Shown here in pieces: positions 1 to 10,235 of a stretch of 52,308 nt of DNA (positions are counted from its first letter, which is position 1; every line of letters begins with the position of its first letter). The stretch is from Granulicella sp. GTDB lineage: Bacteria; Acidobacteriota; Terriglobia; Terriglobales; Acidobacteriaceae. The notes below the pieces were generated by a model. That model had not been told where the DNA came from. It did no database searches and saw nothing but the letters and a program-made list of their open reading frames with translations. The stretch is from the NCBI GenBank assembly GCA_039922815.1, contig JBDTDX010000353.1, positions 1 to 52,308 on the forward strand, written 5' to 3'. The position numbers and the translations under genes are program-made.

Positions 1-264
1 CTTCAACCTTCACACAGCAGCCAACCCTGGCGAAGAGATTTGCGGGCAGGTCATGAAAGGTAAATAACTTCACTGGATTGGGTGGGCGGCTTATGCTGCG
101 CACCCAATTTATTGGCCGCATAAATCGTTTTTTAGAAGAAGCGTGCAATATAAGGTCGACTAAATAAAAATGAGCGGGATGTGTTTGACGAGATCTGTTG
201 CAGACACTCTAATTGTCGAGGTGCAGCACCTACCACGATATCTACAACGACTGCACAATTCGGA

Positions 265-1161
265 TCAAGAGCCTTTGATCGTCCGCTTGAGCGCAAGGGC
301 ATTTCTCATGGTGGAGCACTTAAGCTTGTCGATGATAGGGCGCTTGCCCGGCGCCGACGGCTCGAGGCCGGCTTTGCGGATGTAGGAGTTCACGCGATTA
401 ATTTCTGCGCGTGGAAAACGGGTACGTAGAAAGATGAAGCTGACTGAGACAGATACGTGGTCGCGAACCTCGATAAGATGCGGGAAGAATGCTGGTTGAT
501 GAACGCCTTCACCCGGACCGATTACGAAGGTCTCTGGAATGCTTGCCATGCTGCGATCGATGTAGATCTTGCCATCCCAATATTCTTCGAGGTTCCTGGG
601 GGAGACGACTGTGGGATCGTTTCCATCGTAGATATTGGCTACCTTTTGTCCATGAAGCTGGAGGAGGCAGTTAGTCTCCATGTCAATGTGGTAGGGTGTG
701 ACCTCGTTCGGCGAGGAAATAAACATGGTAACCATGGGAGCATGAAACTCTTTGAGGATATCGATGCCGGTGACTTCACTGAGATCCGCCAGCCATTCAT
801 CAAGAAGCTGGGCATACTCGTCGTAGCGATTAAAATCAGTGAGCTTAATACGGCAGCCACTGGTTTCAAGATGATCGAAAGAGTCCATCATCTTCTTCTC
901 GAAGCCTCCGGAGTGCCACTCAACATTGCCAGTTCCCTTGATGTAGAGATAGCCCTGGGGGCGTTCTGCGCGCAGAACGCCGTGTCCTTTCTCTGAGGGT
1001 GCGGTGAGGTTGGCAAATCTCTGCACAAGTTTGCGGATTGCTGGCATGGAGAATAGCTCATGCTCGGACATGTGATGGTTGAATTTAAAGGGAGAAATAT
1101 CGAAGCGGTTCGCGAAATCCTGTGAAGCATCGAAGGTGCGGGTAGCGGTGTCCAACGACAT
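265..1161 (-). CDS. JmjC/cupin-like Fe(II)/2-oxoglutarate-dependent oxygenase
   Basis: TPYHIDMETNCLLQLHGQK (HxD) plus distal His in HQPAFFPH. Start moved from 1302 to ATG 1161, which follows GGAGG. Confidence 0.75.
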   Translation of the reverse strand: MSLDTATRTFDASQDFANRFDISPFKFNHHMSEHELFSMPAIRKLVQRFANLTAPSEKGHGVLRAERPQGYLYIKGTGNVEWHSGGFEKKMMDSFDHLETSGCRIKLTDFNRYDEYAQLLDEWLADLSEVTGIDILKEFHAPMVTMFISSPNEVTPYHIDMETNCLLQLHGQKVANIYDGNDPTVVSPRNLEEYWDGKIYIDRSMASIPETFVIGPGEGVHQPAFFPHLIEVRDHVSVSVSFIFLRTRFPRAEINRVNSYIRKAGLEPSAPGKRPIIDKLKCSTMRNALALKRTIKGS

Positions 1162-1297
1162 ACGGCCTCCAAAAAACTTTGAATAATGGCCAGGGTAATC
1201 AATACTTCGAAGTAATTTACGATAACCACATGGATCTGTTGGTGGCCCCGGACCGGTGTTTTGACCGCTGAGTGAATGATTCTTCGATGCAAGGTGT

Positions 1298-1313
1298 TGC
1301 ACTTATAGTGCCA
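1298..1313 (-). promoter_or_regulatory. candidate sigma-54 -24/-12 promoter for the cupin gene
   Basis: Minus strand TGGCAC-TATAA-GTGCA (GG-N10-GC), about 137 nt upstream of ATG 1161. Confidence 0.6.
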
Positions 1314-2154
1314 AAGCAGAAACTTGCCGAGCGAAGTAGAAGCCGTCGAACTCTTCGACTGCATGGTCAGGGTGAAATGGAATGTAACAACTGAGATCAG
1401 GATTTTTCCAGCCGTCGATAAGCCTGTAGCCCAGGGTTTCAAGGGATTGTACGAATTCAATTCTTCGCACGACTTTATAAGGGGAAACTGCGGGACCCAT
1501 GTTCTGCAGCGTAAAGAAAGAGGGGAGTTTCGTTGTCGGAAGTTTATTAATGAGCAGATGTTCCGGCATCTGACGAAGGCCGGAGAGGATCTCTGCGATC
1601 GAGGGTTCGCTGTACTGAAGCGAGCCGGCAGCGAGCAGGATGCTGGCGGATGCAGCGTCGGCGACATCGCAGGTGAATTTCAGTGAAGGGTCGGGATCGT
1701 TGTCGAGTATCTGCTGACCCGCTGCGATGACGGCGGGGACATCGTAGACCGTCCATTGCAGGTTCTGCGGATAGATATTGAATTGTCTGTAGGTGTTGTA
1801 GAGGATGCCGATGTATCCACCAAAGTCGAAGATCGAATGATTGTCTTGAAACAGGCGTGAAAGCCAGAAGAGAACTGGATATTCTGAGGGAAGGAGTTGG
1901 CACTTACGGCCGAGGAACGTCGCGGTCTCTGGATTGTCGTAGCCCACGAGTAGATTTTTTGGGATATGGCTTTGCGCTGTGCGAAAGTCAGGATAGACAC
2001 CGCTGAAGATGCGCTCCCATTTCAGGGCCTTCTCAAAGTGGCGCTGGTACTGCATACGGTGCCACTGTCGGAGATAGGGCAGATCTTCTTCGAGCCGTTC
2101 CAACACACGGATGGTTTTTGACGAATAGGCGATGCTTTTTATGAACTGTCGCAT
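1303..2154 (-). CDS. putative SAM-dependent methyltransferase (TIGR04325/LIC12133-like family)
   Basis: YPVLFWL..SIFDFGGYIG motif I, WTVYDVP, GSLQY; RBS AAGGAG upstream. Confidence 0.75.
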   Translation of the reverse strand: MRQFIKSIAYSSKTIRVLERLEEDLPYLRQWHRMQYQRHFEKALKWERIFSGVYPDFRTAQSHIPKNLLVGYDNPETATFLGRKCQLLPSEYPVLFWLSRLFQDNHSIFDFGGYIGILYNTYRQFNIYPQNLQWTVYDVPAVIAAGQQILDNDPDPSLKFTCDVADAASASILLAAGSLQYSEPSIAEILSGLRQMPEHLLINKLPTTKLPSFFTLQNMGPAVSPYKVVRRIEFVQSLETLGYRLIDGWKNPDLSCYIPFHPDHAVEEFDGFYFARQVSALAL

Positions 2155-2280
2155 CGGGTCTCCTTTCCTCAGAGGATGAAGGTACCCGGCCCGGCTCCCT
2201 TTGGAGGGATAGCGTATCGTTTTATGAATCAGTTGATGTCTGCGAATCCAGCTACTTTGACGACGGACTTACTCACATAG

Positions 2281-2296
2281 AGCAAGATGAATGCCA
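2281..2296 (-). promoter_or_regulatory. candidate sigma-54 promoter for the methyltransferase
   Basis: Minus strand TGGCAT-TCATC-TTGCT, close to consensus TGGCAC-N5-TTGC. Confidence 0.7.
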
Positions 2297-2352
2297 TCTT
2301 TGCCGGATCGTTTCTCTACAGTATTCGGAGTTCTATCACTGCTGCGTTGTTA

Positions 2353-2368
2353 TGGTCGAGTAATTGCT
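2353..2368 (+). promoter_or_regulatory. candidate sigma-54 promoter for the GT4 gene
   Basis: TGGTCG-AGTAA-TTGCT (GG-N10-GC), about 67 nt upstream of ATG 2435. Confidence 0.55.
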
Positions 2369-2434
2369 AGTACCTCATCTAGAAGTTGGGTGACCATCTT
2401 CACTTATAAAGGGTAGAAAGGAAATGACAGAAAG

Positions 2435-3685
2435 ATGTTACGGTCAGCCGAATATGGCAATTTAACGCTCGCCGACAAGAAAGACGCGCCTTGCCTGTTG
2501 GCTGAGCCGATCGGTTCGCAATCGCAAGATTCTCGCAGCAGATGGCCCACGAAACCGCAGATTCTTCACCTGATCGGAAGCAGTGGCGTTGGAGGTCCGG
2601 AGAAGCAGATTCTGCACCATGCTGTGAATATCCAAGATTCTGCATATGAGATCCATGTCGGTTCATTTCATGAAGACGCGAACCAACCGGAGATTCTGCT
2701 TGAGGCGGAACGACGTCACTTGAAAACGATTTGCCTGGATGGCGGCATGCATCCGAGGATTGCAATGCAGCTCGCGAGATTTTTGCGGGAACGAAAGATT
2801 GCGCTTCTTTGTACCCATGGATTCAAGGCAAATGTTCTCGGCTACTTGGTGTCATTGCACTCAAAGACGCAGCATGTAGCATTTTTGCGAGGGTGGACTG
2901 CGGAGACTGCTCGAGTGGTTCTTTACGAAAAATTGGAACGGCGGGCGTTGGCGCGGGCCCAGAACGTGGTATGCGTGTCACGGCTACAGGCCGAACAGGT
3001 GCGTAAGCTGCGCGGATCGCGAAGCGCGCCACTAGTCATTGAGAATGCCATGTTGCCTCCGTTTGTTCGAGAATCGAACAAGGCACGTCCGACCCGTGAC
3101 AGCCTGGCTATCCCCAATGATGCGTTTCTATTTGGATCGGTTGGACGTTTAAGCGCGGAAAAGGGGCACCGCTTTCTGTTGCTTGCGTTCGCGGAGGTGT
3201 GCAGGGCAACGCCGCCAGGACAAACTCCATATCTCCTGATTGTTGGGGATGGGCGTGAGCGAGAGCCGCTGGAGCAACTGGCGACGCAGCTTGGAGTCCA
3301 ACAATCCATTCACTTTGCCGGGTTTCAGGGCGATTGCGCCGACTGGCTGAAGATGATGGACTGCATGGTGCAACCTTCTCTTACGGAAGGCACGCCGAAC
3401 TCGATTCTCGAGGCGATGTGTCTGGGCGTACCGGTTGTCGCAACCCAGGTTGGTGGTGTTCCGGCATTGATCCATAACGGGGTTAATGGGATGCTGGTGC
3501 CGCCGAGCGATGCTTCGTCGCTCGCCAAGATGATGCGCACCGTGGCGAACCAGCCAGCGCTACGAACCAGCCTTGCGATAGCGGCAACGAATACAGGTGG
3601 AGAGTACGCCCCCACAACGCAGAGAGCCAACTTATTGAAGCTGTATGACGGTCTTGCGCTACCGTCCATGGACATGATGCATTGA
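2435..3685 (+). CDS. glycosyltransferase family 4 (GT-B fold)
   Basis: GGPEKQ, GRLSAEKG, PSLTEGTPNSILEAM (EX7E), VATQVGG. Start uncertain. Confidence 0.92.
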   Translation: MLRSAEYGNLTLADKKDAPCLLAEPIGSQSQDSRSRWPTKPQILHLIGSSGVGGPEKQILHHAVNIQDSAYEIHVGSFHEDANQPEILLEAERRHLKTICLDGGMHPRIAMQLARFLRERKIALLCTHGFKANVLGYLVSLHSKTQHVAFLRGWTAETARVVLYEKLERRALARAQNVVCVSRLQAEQVRKLRGSRSAPLVIENAMLPPFVRESNKARPTRDSLAIPNDAFLFGSVGRLSAEKGHRFLLLAFAEVCRATPPGQTPYLLIVGDGREREPLEQLATQLGVQQSIHFAGFQGDCADWLKMMDCMVQPSLTEGTPNSILEAMCLGVPVVATQVGGVPALIHNGVNGMLVPPSDASSLAKMMRTVANQPALRTSLAIAATNTGGEYAPTTQRANLLKLYDGLALPSMDMMH

Positions 3686-3734
3686 TGCAGAGCTAACCAC
3701 CTGGACGTTCCTTTCAAGTTCAGGGAATGAGCAT

Positions 3735-5345
3735 TTAAGTCGGCTCGCCAGAAATGTTCAAGAGGTGGCCACGGAGCATTGCGCGGACCCGCTGATAGCC
3801 AACCCCCTGAAACTCCCATATCCACATGGGAAACGCAAATAGTAGGAGGCACAATAGGCTGGTCGTCAGGATAGAGAGGTAATCCGCACGCAGCCAGCGC
3901 ATGACGACGAAGCCTGGCGCGATGAGACATACAAAGCATTTGAGGAGTGTCCTACCGCTGCTGAGCAGGTAATGCTTCATGGAGATGCCGAGCTTCTTCT
4001 GAACAATCCAGGGTTGGACGACCGCTCGCACGCAAATACCGGGAATGAGCGTGCCCATGGCGACGCCGAGCATGCCATAGCGGTGTACAAACATAAAGCT
4101 GAGGACGACATTCATGCCTGCCTCGAGCAGGTTGATCCTGGCGTATGACTTCTGGTTCATGGTGGCGTAAAGAGAGGAGACGCCGGTGGATTGCCAGAGG
4201 TCGAAGAACATAGCGACGGTCAGCAGGATAAGGACAGGGTAGGCATCGAGGAATATATTGCCCATCCAACGTGCGATAAATGCATGACCGATGGCAATGA
4301 TGCCAAAACCGGCAAAGGCGCCGATGACGATCGACGCCCGCGTTCCGGCGAAGAAACTGCGGAGCATACCTGCCGAGTCACCCGCACTGTGCTGCATGGC
4401 AATGATAGGAGTAATGACGCCTACGAGAGCCATAACTCCATCGGTGTAGTACATCACGAGTGTGGTGGCGACGTTATAGTGAGCTACCGCAGTAAGACCA
4501 ATGGCGAACGAGACGATAAGAGCATCGCTCTGTAACCGAAGCCGGTCAGCAATCTGACCAACAAGGACGGGGAGAGCAAACTTCGAAAGCTTTCTGGCGG
4601 TGACGCGATCCCAAGCATTTCTGATGTGAAAACGAATAAATGGGTATTTGATGTGGACAGCAATCAGCACGCAAATGTAGCCGGGAATAGAGGCAAATAG
4701 CTGCGCAAGCGCAAGGCCTACAACACCATAGCCGTGGAGAAGAACATAAACGGTAGCACCCGTTCTGATGACCGCTGCGAAGATGTTGATCCACGAGGTG
4801 ACTTCGAAGTGAGAACCCGCGTTTAGGACACCGTACGGTGCGCGCATCGGAAAGCTGATGGCAGCGAGGGTGCCACAGATGAGCAGGATAAGCCCGATAT
4901 TGTGGGCGTGCGAGATCTGCGGCATGACCGCAGCCAGGAACAAGGTAATGATCAGAACAATGCCGCCGGCGGCGGCGAACATGACCAGTCCGGTGCTATA
5001 GATGCGGCTTCCTGCCTGCGCATCACGAGCGCCGAGAGCATGGGACATGTGGGTGAAAACGGCGCCGGAGAGTCCCAGGTCCAGAATACTGTAGTAGCCG
5101 ATGAACGCGTTAGCGAGCGCCCAAAGGCCAAACTGCTCTGCGCCGAGAGTACGCACCGTGAAGGGGGTAAGAAAGAGACCGATGAAGGTCACCAGCCCCA
5201 AATAGATGACGCGGCTGGCTGAGCCGAGTATCAACTTTCGGACGGAATAGAGTTTTGGAGAAGGCTTTGGATGCTCCGCAACAGGCCAACTGGAGTCGGG
5301 TTCCTCTTCCAATGTTGGCGTGCTACTTGCATACTGCATAGCCAT
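3735..5345 (-). CDS. wzx: Wzx-type oligosaccharide flippase (MOP superfamily)
   Basis: Many hydrophobic helices, LTPFTVRTLGAEQFGLW and LDLGL motifs, EPS context. ATG 5345 follows GGAGGAG. Confidence 0.85.
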   Translation of the reverse strand: MAMQYASSTPTLEEEPDSSWPVAEHPKPSPKLYSVRKLILGSASRVIYLGLVTFIGLFLTPFTVRTLGAEQFGLWALANAFIGYYSILDLGLSGAVFTHMSHALGARDAQAGSRIYSTGLVMFAAAGGIVLIITLFLAAVMPQISHAHNIGLILLICGTLAAISFPMRAPYGVLNAGSHFEVTSWINIFAAVIRTGATVYVLLHGYGVVGLALAQLFASIPGYICVLIAVHIKYPFIRFHIRNAWDRVTARKLSKFALPVLVGQIADRLRLQSDALIVSFAIGLTAVAHYNVATTLVMYYTDGVMALVGVITPIIAMQHSAGDSAGMLRSFFAGTRASIVIGAFAGFGIIAIGHAFIARWMGNIFLDAYPVLILLTVAMFFDLWQSTGVSSLYATMNQKSYARINLLEAGMNVVLSFMFVHRYGMLGVAMGTLIPGICVRAVVQPWIVQKKLGISMKHYLLSSGRTLLKCFVCLIAPGFVVMRWLRADYLSILTTSLLCLLLFAFPMWIWEFQGVGYQRVRAMLRGHLLNISGEPT

Positions 5346-5391
5346 GCGGTGTTCTCCTCCACGGCACAAACGCCCGATTGACTCTAACCAT

Positions 5392-5407
5392 TGCATTCCT
5401 TTGACCA
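5392..5407 (-). promoter_or_regulatory. candidate sigma-54 promoter for the flippase
   Basis: Minus strand TGGTCA-AAGGA-ATGCA (GG-N10-GC), about 47 nt upstream of ATG 5345. Confidence 0.45.
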
Positions 5408-5467
5408 TTACTTATCGCAGATTTGCGATTGATCCTCGCATGTTTCCAGTGGTTGGGATACTTGACG

Positions 5468-5483
5468 TGGAACTTGATGTGCA
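5468..5483 (+). promoter_or_regulatory. candidate sigma-54 promoter for the polymerase/ligase gene
   Basis: TGGAAC-TTGAT-GTGCA (GG-N10-GC), about 58 nt upstream of ATG 5541. Confidence 0.55.
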
Positions 5484-5540
5484 ATGGAATGCGCATCGGC
5501 TGTGGGTCAATGAGATTTTCTCCGATGAAGGTGGTGTGTC

Positions 5541-6875
5541 ATGTGGGTCCTGATTTTGATCGTGATCGTGATCCTGGCGTTCAAGGGCATGAAGCAGCCT
5601 TGGTTTGGCCTTCTGGCTCTACTGACGGTCTATGTTATTCAACCGGGCGAGTTGTATCCGATACTAGGCAAACTACATCTGGAGCGAATGCTGGGGCTCC
5701 TGGTAATCATTTCGTTTTTCGCACATGGCAATAAGTTACGTTTTCCGCCTCAGACAAAGAGCTTCCTGATGTTCTTTGGGGCGATGGTGCTGGCAATTCC
5801 TTTTGCCTTCTGGCCCGGAAATTCGGCCACAGCCTGCATCGCGTATTTCGAAATCGTTGTGTTTCATATACTGATCGTCTCCCTCCTCACGACGGAAGAA
5901 CGCATCAAGCAATTTGTCACTTTGATGGTGGCATTGAATGGCTGGCTTGCGATGACATCGCTCATTCTCTATTTCAATGGCGTCCGAGAGTTCCACATGA
6001 ATGTGGAGCGGGCGACGGGATTGACAAGCTCTGGAGGGGACGCTAATACACTGGGAATTTCTCTGGTGATCATGCTTCCTTTTGAGTTTCTGCTCATGCG
6101 CACGGGAAACGGCAAACATCTTCGCCTGCTAGGCTTCGCTGTATTCGCTGGTAGTGCGTTGACAATATTGATTACGGGATCACGCACTTCGGCAATGGCA
6201 CTCGTTTTCGTCCTGCTTATGCTGATCATGCAAAACAAGCGCAATCTACGTTTTATTCCGCTGCTTGTGATCGCGCTTCCGATCGCGTGGATCGCTCTTC
6301 CACAACAGTACAAAGCGCGGTACTTGACTGTCGAGAATCTGAAGAATGACGATTCCTATCAGAACCGTGTGCTCTCGTGGGAAGGCGGTGTGCAAATGTT
6401 CCTGCACAATCCAGTAACCGGCATAGGTTCGGATAATTACGCGGTCGCAAACGGTTCGCTCTACTGGCCCGGACCTGGTCCGAAGCACTGGCTCAAAGCT
6501 CATTCGCTCTACTTCCAACTGCTGGGAGAGTTGGGCTTTCTGGGAGTCTTTACCTTCAGCGGCTATCTCATCCGGGTAATCGGGACGAATCGCAGGCTGA
6601 TGAAGAAACTGCCGCAATTTGCATTTAATCCTATCGTCCTGCAATTACCGGCTTATTGTAACGTATGCTTTTTAGCCTTGTTCTTTACCGGGTATTCAGC
6701 CCATAATCTTTATCGGTCAACCTGGTCCATTCTGGGAGCTCTCTCCGGGGCGTTGACCCTTCTACCGCGTACCGGCGTTGCAGCAGATAATTCGCTGGCA
6801 GTTCGAAAGCCGCTGCCAGCGTGGATACTGGCGAGCGAAGAAGGCGAGGAAGTTCCTGTTTTGACGGTACAGTAG
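5541..6875 (+). CDS. O-antigen ligase / Wzy polymerase family membrane protein
   Basis: Multiple TM helices; GDANTLG, TGSRTS, S..R...W, HNPVTGIG and AHSLYFQLLGELG (Wzy_C signature). Confidence 0.85.
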   Translation: MWVLILIVIVILAFKGMKQPWFGLLALLTVYVIQPGELYPILGKLHLERMLGLLVIISFFAHGNKLRFPPQTKSFLMFFGAMVLAIPFAFWPGNSATACIAYFEIVVFHILIVSLLTTEERIKQFVTLMVALNGWLAMTSLILYFNGVREFHMNVERATGLTSSGGDANTLGISLVIMLPFEFLLMRTGNGKHLRLLGFAVFAGSALTILITGSRTSAMALVFVLLMLIMQNKRNLRFIPLLVIALPIAWIALPQQYKARYLTVENLKNDDSYQNRVLSWEGGVQMFLHNPVTGIGSDNYAVANGSLYWPGPGPKHWLKAHSLYFQLLGELGFLGVFTFSGYLIRVIGTNRRLMKKLPQFAFNPIVLQLPAYCNVCFLALFFTGYSAHNLYRSTWSILGALSGALTLLPRTGVAADNSLAVRKPLPAWILASEEGEEVPVLTVQ

Positions 6876-6950
6876 ACCATCTATTGGATTGTTTAGGCAC
6901 CGTACGATAAGGCGCGTAAGCAAGTTTTAGTTCATAGATGCCAATTTATG

Positions 6951-6968
6951 TGTGCAAATTATTGCACA
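6951..6968. promoter_or_regulatory. palindrome TGTGCAA-N4-TTGCACA, candidate activator binding site
   Basis: Perfect 7-bp inverted repeat in an AT-rich intergenic region, about 80 bp upstream of a weak GG-N10-GC motif at 7050-7065. Confidence 0.4.
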
Positions 6969-7253
6969 TCTCTTATTGCGCTTCTTGAAAAGGTTTGCTA
7001 TTTCTAGAGTTGCTCCTCTAAATCAATGGCGTTGCGCACCACCGACGTCGGGCCAGTGTGATGCACCATCGATTAGCTTCTGTAATTTTTCTTCTTATCG
7101 CGAGTAACCTCGATTACCTCTGCCGATGGAAGTTCCTGCATAACTGAATATTCCTGTGTTCGATGACTCGCGAAACTGCGGGCATTGAGCAGTTGCCCGC
7201 TTTTGCAGAGACATCTGTGCAAGTGGCCTTGCGGTAGTTGAAGGAGAAGGTAC

Positions 7254-10187
7254 ATGATTCGAAGTACAAGCGTAGTGCGGGCAGGTTTGATCGGATCTTT
7301 TTCCAAACTGATAGTCGGAATGAGTGCAGCAACTCTTGTTTGCTGCATGACGATAGGCTGTGGCTCGGGATTCCCTGGCATTGCGGATCCTGCGCTGACC
7401 AAGGTATCTCCCGCCCAGGGACCGACTACCGGTGGAAACGCCGTTGTCGTCAATGGCTCAGGTTTCGCGACCGATTCGTATGTGACATTTGCGTCCGGCA
7501 CAAAAGCGGACACGACGTTTGTAAGCGATACCCAGCTGAACGTCGTCGCCCCTCCGGACGGCAATATTGGTACCGTGCCCGTCGCGGTGGTGAACGACCG
7601 TTTGAAAATCCAACGAACGCTGAACAACGCGTATACCTATATGGGCGGCAGCGCGCCTCCGACGATCAGCGGGCTGAATCCTGCTGTAGTGACGGCTGGT
7701 CAGCCGGCGAACGTTACGATCCAGGGAACACATCTGGGGCAGTCGGTCCGGGCGCGTGTTAATTCAATACCTGTAACGACGACGCCGCAAGACAATCAGA
7801 ACATCGTCGCAGCAGCACCAGCGCTGGCCGCAGGGACTTATCCAGTGGACATCGAGACGGCAGACGGCTCGATTATCAGTGGCGGCCTGCGACTGCAATA
7901 CATCAATCCCGCAGCGGTGTCGGGAGTGACCGAGAGGATAACTTCGATCGATCCTGCGACGATAGCAGCGAATGCAGCAACATCACTCCTCGTGCACGGA
8001 ACACAAATTCCCAAGGATGCATTGGTATATGTAGGCAGCCAGCGCGCGATCAGTACTACGGTGAACGACTCAACAACTGCGGTAGCAGATTTACCAGCAC
8101 TGGCAGCCGGGTCGTACTCGGTACGGTTGCTCAACTCGGACGGCACCTCGATCCAATACTCCGGCGCATTGACGGTGACCGCTGCCATGGCGGCCACGGA
8201 GTTCATCTCCGCAGTTTCGCCAAGCACCTTCGCGGCAAATACGCTGACAACAGTGGACATTGTGGGAAGCGGATTTTCTGCCGGAGCCCAGGTCATTGTG
8301 AACGGGATAGCGACTCCGTTTACTCAGGTGGTCAGCAGCACGCACATTACCTCGCTCATACAACGGCTAGGAGCAGGAACATATCCTGTCGCAATTAGGA
8401 ATTCGGATGGCTCGACAACCAAATATTCAGGTATGCTCACTGCCATGATTCCCCTTCAGATTGCAACGGCCGCGCTTCCGCCTGCGGTCGCGACGGTTTC
8501 ATACTCAGCTCCTCTTGCGGCGACCGGCGGAACTCCCCCATATACCTGGTCAGGAACGGGTCTGCCCAGCGGCTTCAGCATATCTTCCGGTGGCGTGATC
8601 TCAGGAATCCCTGTAGCAGGCACTTATTCGATCGGCATTGGAGTGAAGGACGCGGCAAACGCGACCGCAGCCGGGACTCTCACGTTAACGGTTGCGTCTG
8701 CTCCTTCTTTGCCGGTCACCCCGACTGTGCCGGTCACCCCGACCGCGCCGGTCACCCCGACTGCGCCAGTCACCCCGACTGCGCCGGTCACCCCGACCGC
8801 ACCGGTCACCCCGACTGCACCGGTCATCCCGGTGGTGCCAGCTGGTCCTTCTCCGGTTGGAACGGCAATTACTTCGTGCCAGGGATTGAGCCAGGCGGGG
8901 ACTACGTACGTTCTGCAAAACGACGTGCGGGCAGCGGGTACCTGTTTTGGTATCACTGCGGATAATGTAACTCTCAATCTAAATGGCCATACAGTAACGT
9001 ATGCGACCTCCGATAACAGTCGTGCTCAGTACGGCGTGATCTCCGCCGATTGCTGGGATACCCAACTGAGTGGCCTTGCGGCTTCAGTTTGCGGAGGATC
9101 GCATAAGAATCCTGTCATCATGAACGGCACGATTACACAGGGTTCTGCTGCCGCACCGTCGTCCCACGCGATTCGGTTTGGACAGGGTAACAATAGGGCG
9201 AACGAGACTGTTCACGATGTAACGATCAACATCTCTGGGCAGGACGCCGAAGGGATTTACTCGGAATATTCTCCGGGAAACTCTCAGTTCTATAACATCG
9301 TGATCAACGATGCGGTGACGGTTGTATCTAACCGGGACCAGTTCTTCGGCTATCCGATTCGGCTTGACTACGGCGGATCGACGGTGGGTACAAATGTGAA
9401 GGACGTCGTCCATGATGTGACTTGCAATGGCTCGCCACAGGGATGCATCCTTTCGCAGGGAGCACTGCTTGCATACAACAACAAGGGCAGACTCGGGCCT
9501 CAGCAATATGTAGCCGGGTACGGTATCTTCCTAGGCGGCAATAACTCGGAGGCCTACGGCAATAGCTTCACGGGAGCTACACGCGGATTTGAGATCGAGG
9601 GATCCAACGTGAATCTCCATGACAACGTGCTCGACATTGAGGACTCCGCGAGTGTTCATGATCCGGGCCACAACCCTGACGGATGCGAGATCGACGGAAC
9701 CTACGGTATACGCATAAAGGCGTATGCTCCGTCTATCATGCCGACCAACGTGACGATCGCAAACAACACGATTCGTGTGACCGCAGGTCCGTGTCAGGCG
9801 CAAGGCATCCGTTTTACCGATACTGTCGGCTCTGAGACAGCCTCGATTACTGGGAATAAAATCACTCTGGTGCAGGCTGGAGCGACAACTCTGAATGGTG
9901 GATTCTCACTCGATGGTGCAGACGGATCGGGAATTACCTTCTCTGGCAATCAGTTCACCAACGCTCCTGGCCTGTATCTTTTCTATGGTGGGTACGACGG
10001 TGCGTCCAATTTGAATATGAGTGGTACGTTTAGCGGCTCAAGCACCATCTATGCACGGTGTGGCGGAGCCGCTTGTACAAACCTTAACTTCACCGGATTA
10101 TCTGGCACGCCCAGCCTGCAATGCGAGGGCGATCACCAGGCAGTCAGCGTGACAGCAAATGGGAAGCCACTCTCCTGCCCCAAGTAG
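7254..10187 (+). CDS. secreted or lipoprotein surface protein: 4 IPT/TIG domains, putative Ig domain, Pro/Thr linker, right-handed beta-helix
   Basis: Lipobox-like MTIG-C; repeats LTKVSP, ISGLNP, ITSIDP, ISAVSP; [12 protein letters not shown] Ig motif; Asn-rich parallel beta-helix C-terminal half. Start uncertain. Confidence 0.8.
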   Translation: MIRSTSVVRAGLIGSFSKLIVGMSAATLVCCMTIGCGSGFPGIADPALTKVSPAQGPTTGGNAVVVNGSGFATDSYVTFASGTKADTTFVSDTQLNVVAPPDGNIGTVPVAVVNDRLKIQRTLNNAYTYMGGSAPPTISGLNPAVVTAGQPANVTIQGTHLGQSVRARVNSIPVTTTPQDNQNIVAAAPALAAGTYPVDIETADGSIISGGLRLQYINPAAVSGVTERITSIDPATIAANAATSLLVHGTQIPKDALVYVGSQRAISTTVNDSTTAVADLPALAAGSYSVRLLNSDGTSIQYSGALTVTAAMAATEFISAVSPSTFAANTLTTVDIVGSGFSAGAQVIVNGIATPFTQVVSSTHITSLIQRLGAGTYPVAIRNSDGSTTKYSGMLTAMIPLQIATAALPPAVATVSYSAPLAATGGTPPYTWSGTGLPSGFSISSGGVISGIPVAGTYSIGIGVKDAANATAAGTLTLTVASAPSLPVTPTVPVTPTAPVTPTAPVTPTAPVTPTAPVTPTAPVIPVVPAGPSPVGTAITSCQGLSQAGTTYVLQNDVRAAGTCFGITADNVTLNLNGHTVTYATSDNSRAQYGVISADCWDTQLSGLAASVCGGSHKNPVIMNGTITQGSAAAPSSHAIRFGQGNNRANETVHDVTINISGQDAEGIYSEYSPGNSQFYNIVINDAVTVVSNRDQFFGYPIRLDYGGSTVGTNVKDVVHDVTCNGSPQGCILSQGALLAYNNKGRLGPQQYVAGYGIFLGGNNSEAYGNSFTGATRGFEIEGSNVNLHDNVLDIEDSASVHDPGHNPDGCEIDGTYGIRIKAYAPSIMPTNVTIANNTIRVTAGPCQAQGIRFTDTVGSETASITGNKITLVQAGATTLNGGFSLDGADGSGITFSGNQFTNAPGLYLFYGGYDGASNLNMSGTFSGSSTIYARCGGAACTNLNFTGLSGTPSLQCEGDHQAVSVTANGKPLSCPK
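8712..8837 (+). repeat. 18-bp tandem repeat, 6 copies plus 1 degenerate, encoding a PVTPT(A/V) linker
   Basis: Units ccRgtcaccccgacYgYR read directly from 8712 onward. Confidence 0.97.
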
Positions 10188-10200
10188 TAACATAAAGATA

Positions 10201-10233
10201 AGGGAGAGGCGACCTCGCCTCTCCCTATTTTTT
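10201..10233. terminator. intrinsic terminator between convergent genes, possibly bidirectional
   Basis: AGGGAGAGGCG-acct-CGCCTCTCCCT perfect 11-bp stem followed by ATTTTTT; A-rich on the left side. Confidence 0.9.
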
Positions 10234-10235
10234 AC

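Noticed and set aside
1-264. Possible start of a minus-strand gene running off the left edge
   Set aside because: Too little sequence to support a call.
1162-1302. N-terminal extension of the cupin ORF
   Set aside because: Strong RBS at 1161 and a promoter-like motif overlapping 1302 favour the shorter gene.
8712-8837. Possible CRISPR array
   Set aside because: Contiguous in-frame repeats with no spacers, and no cas genes.
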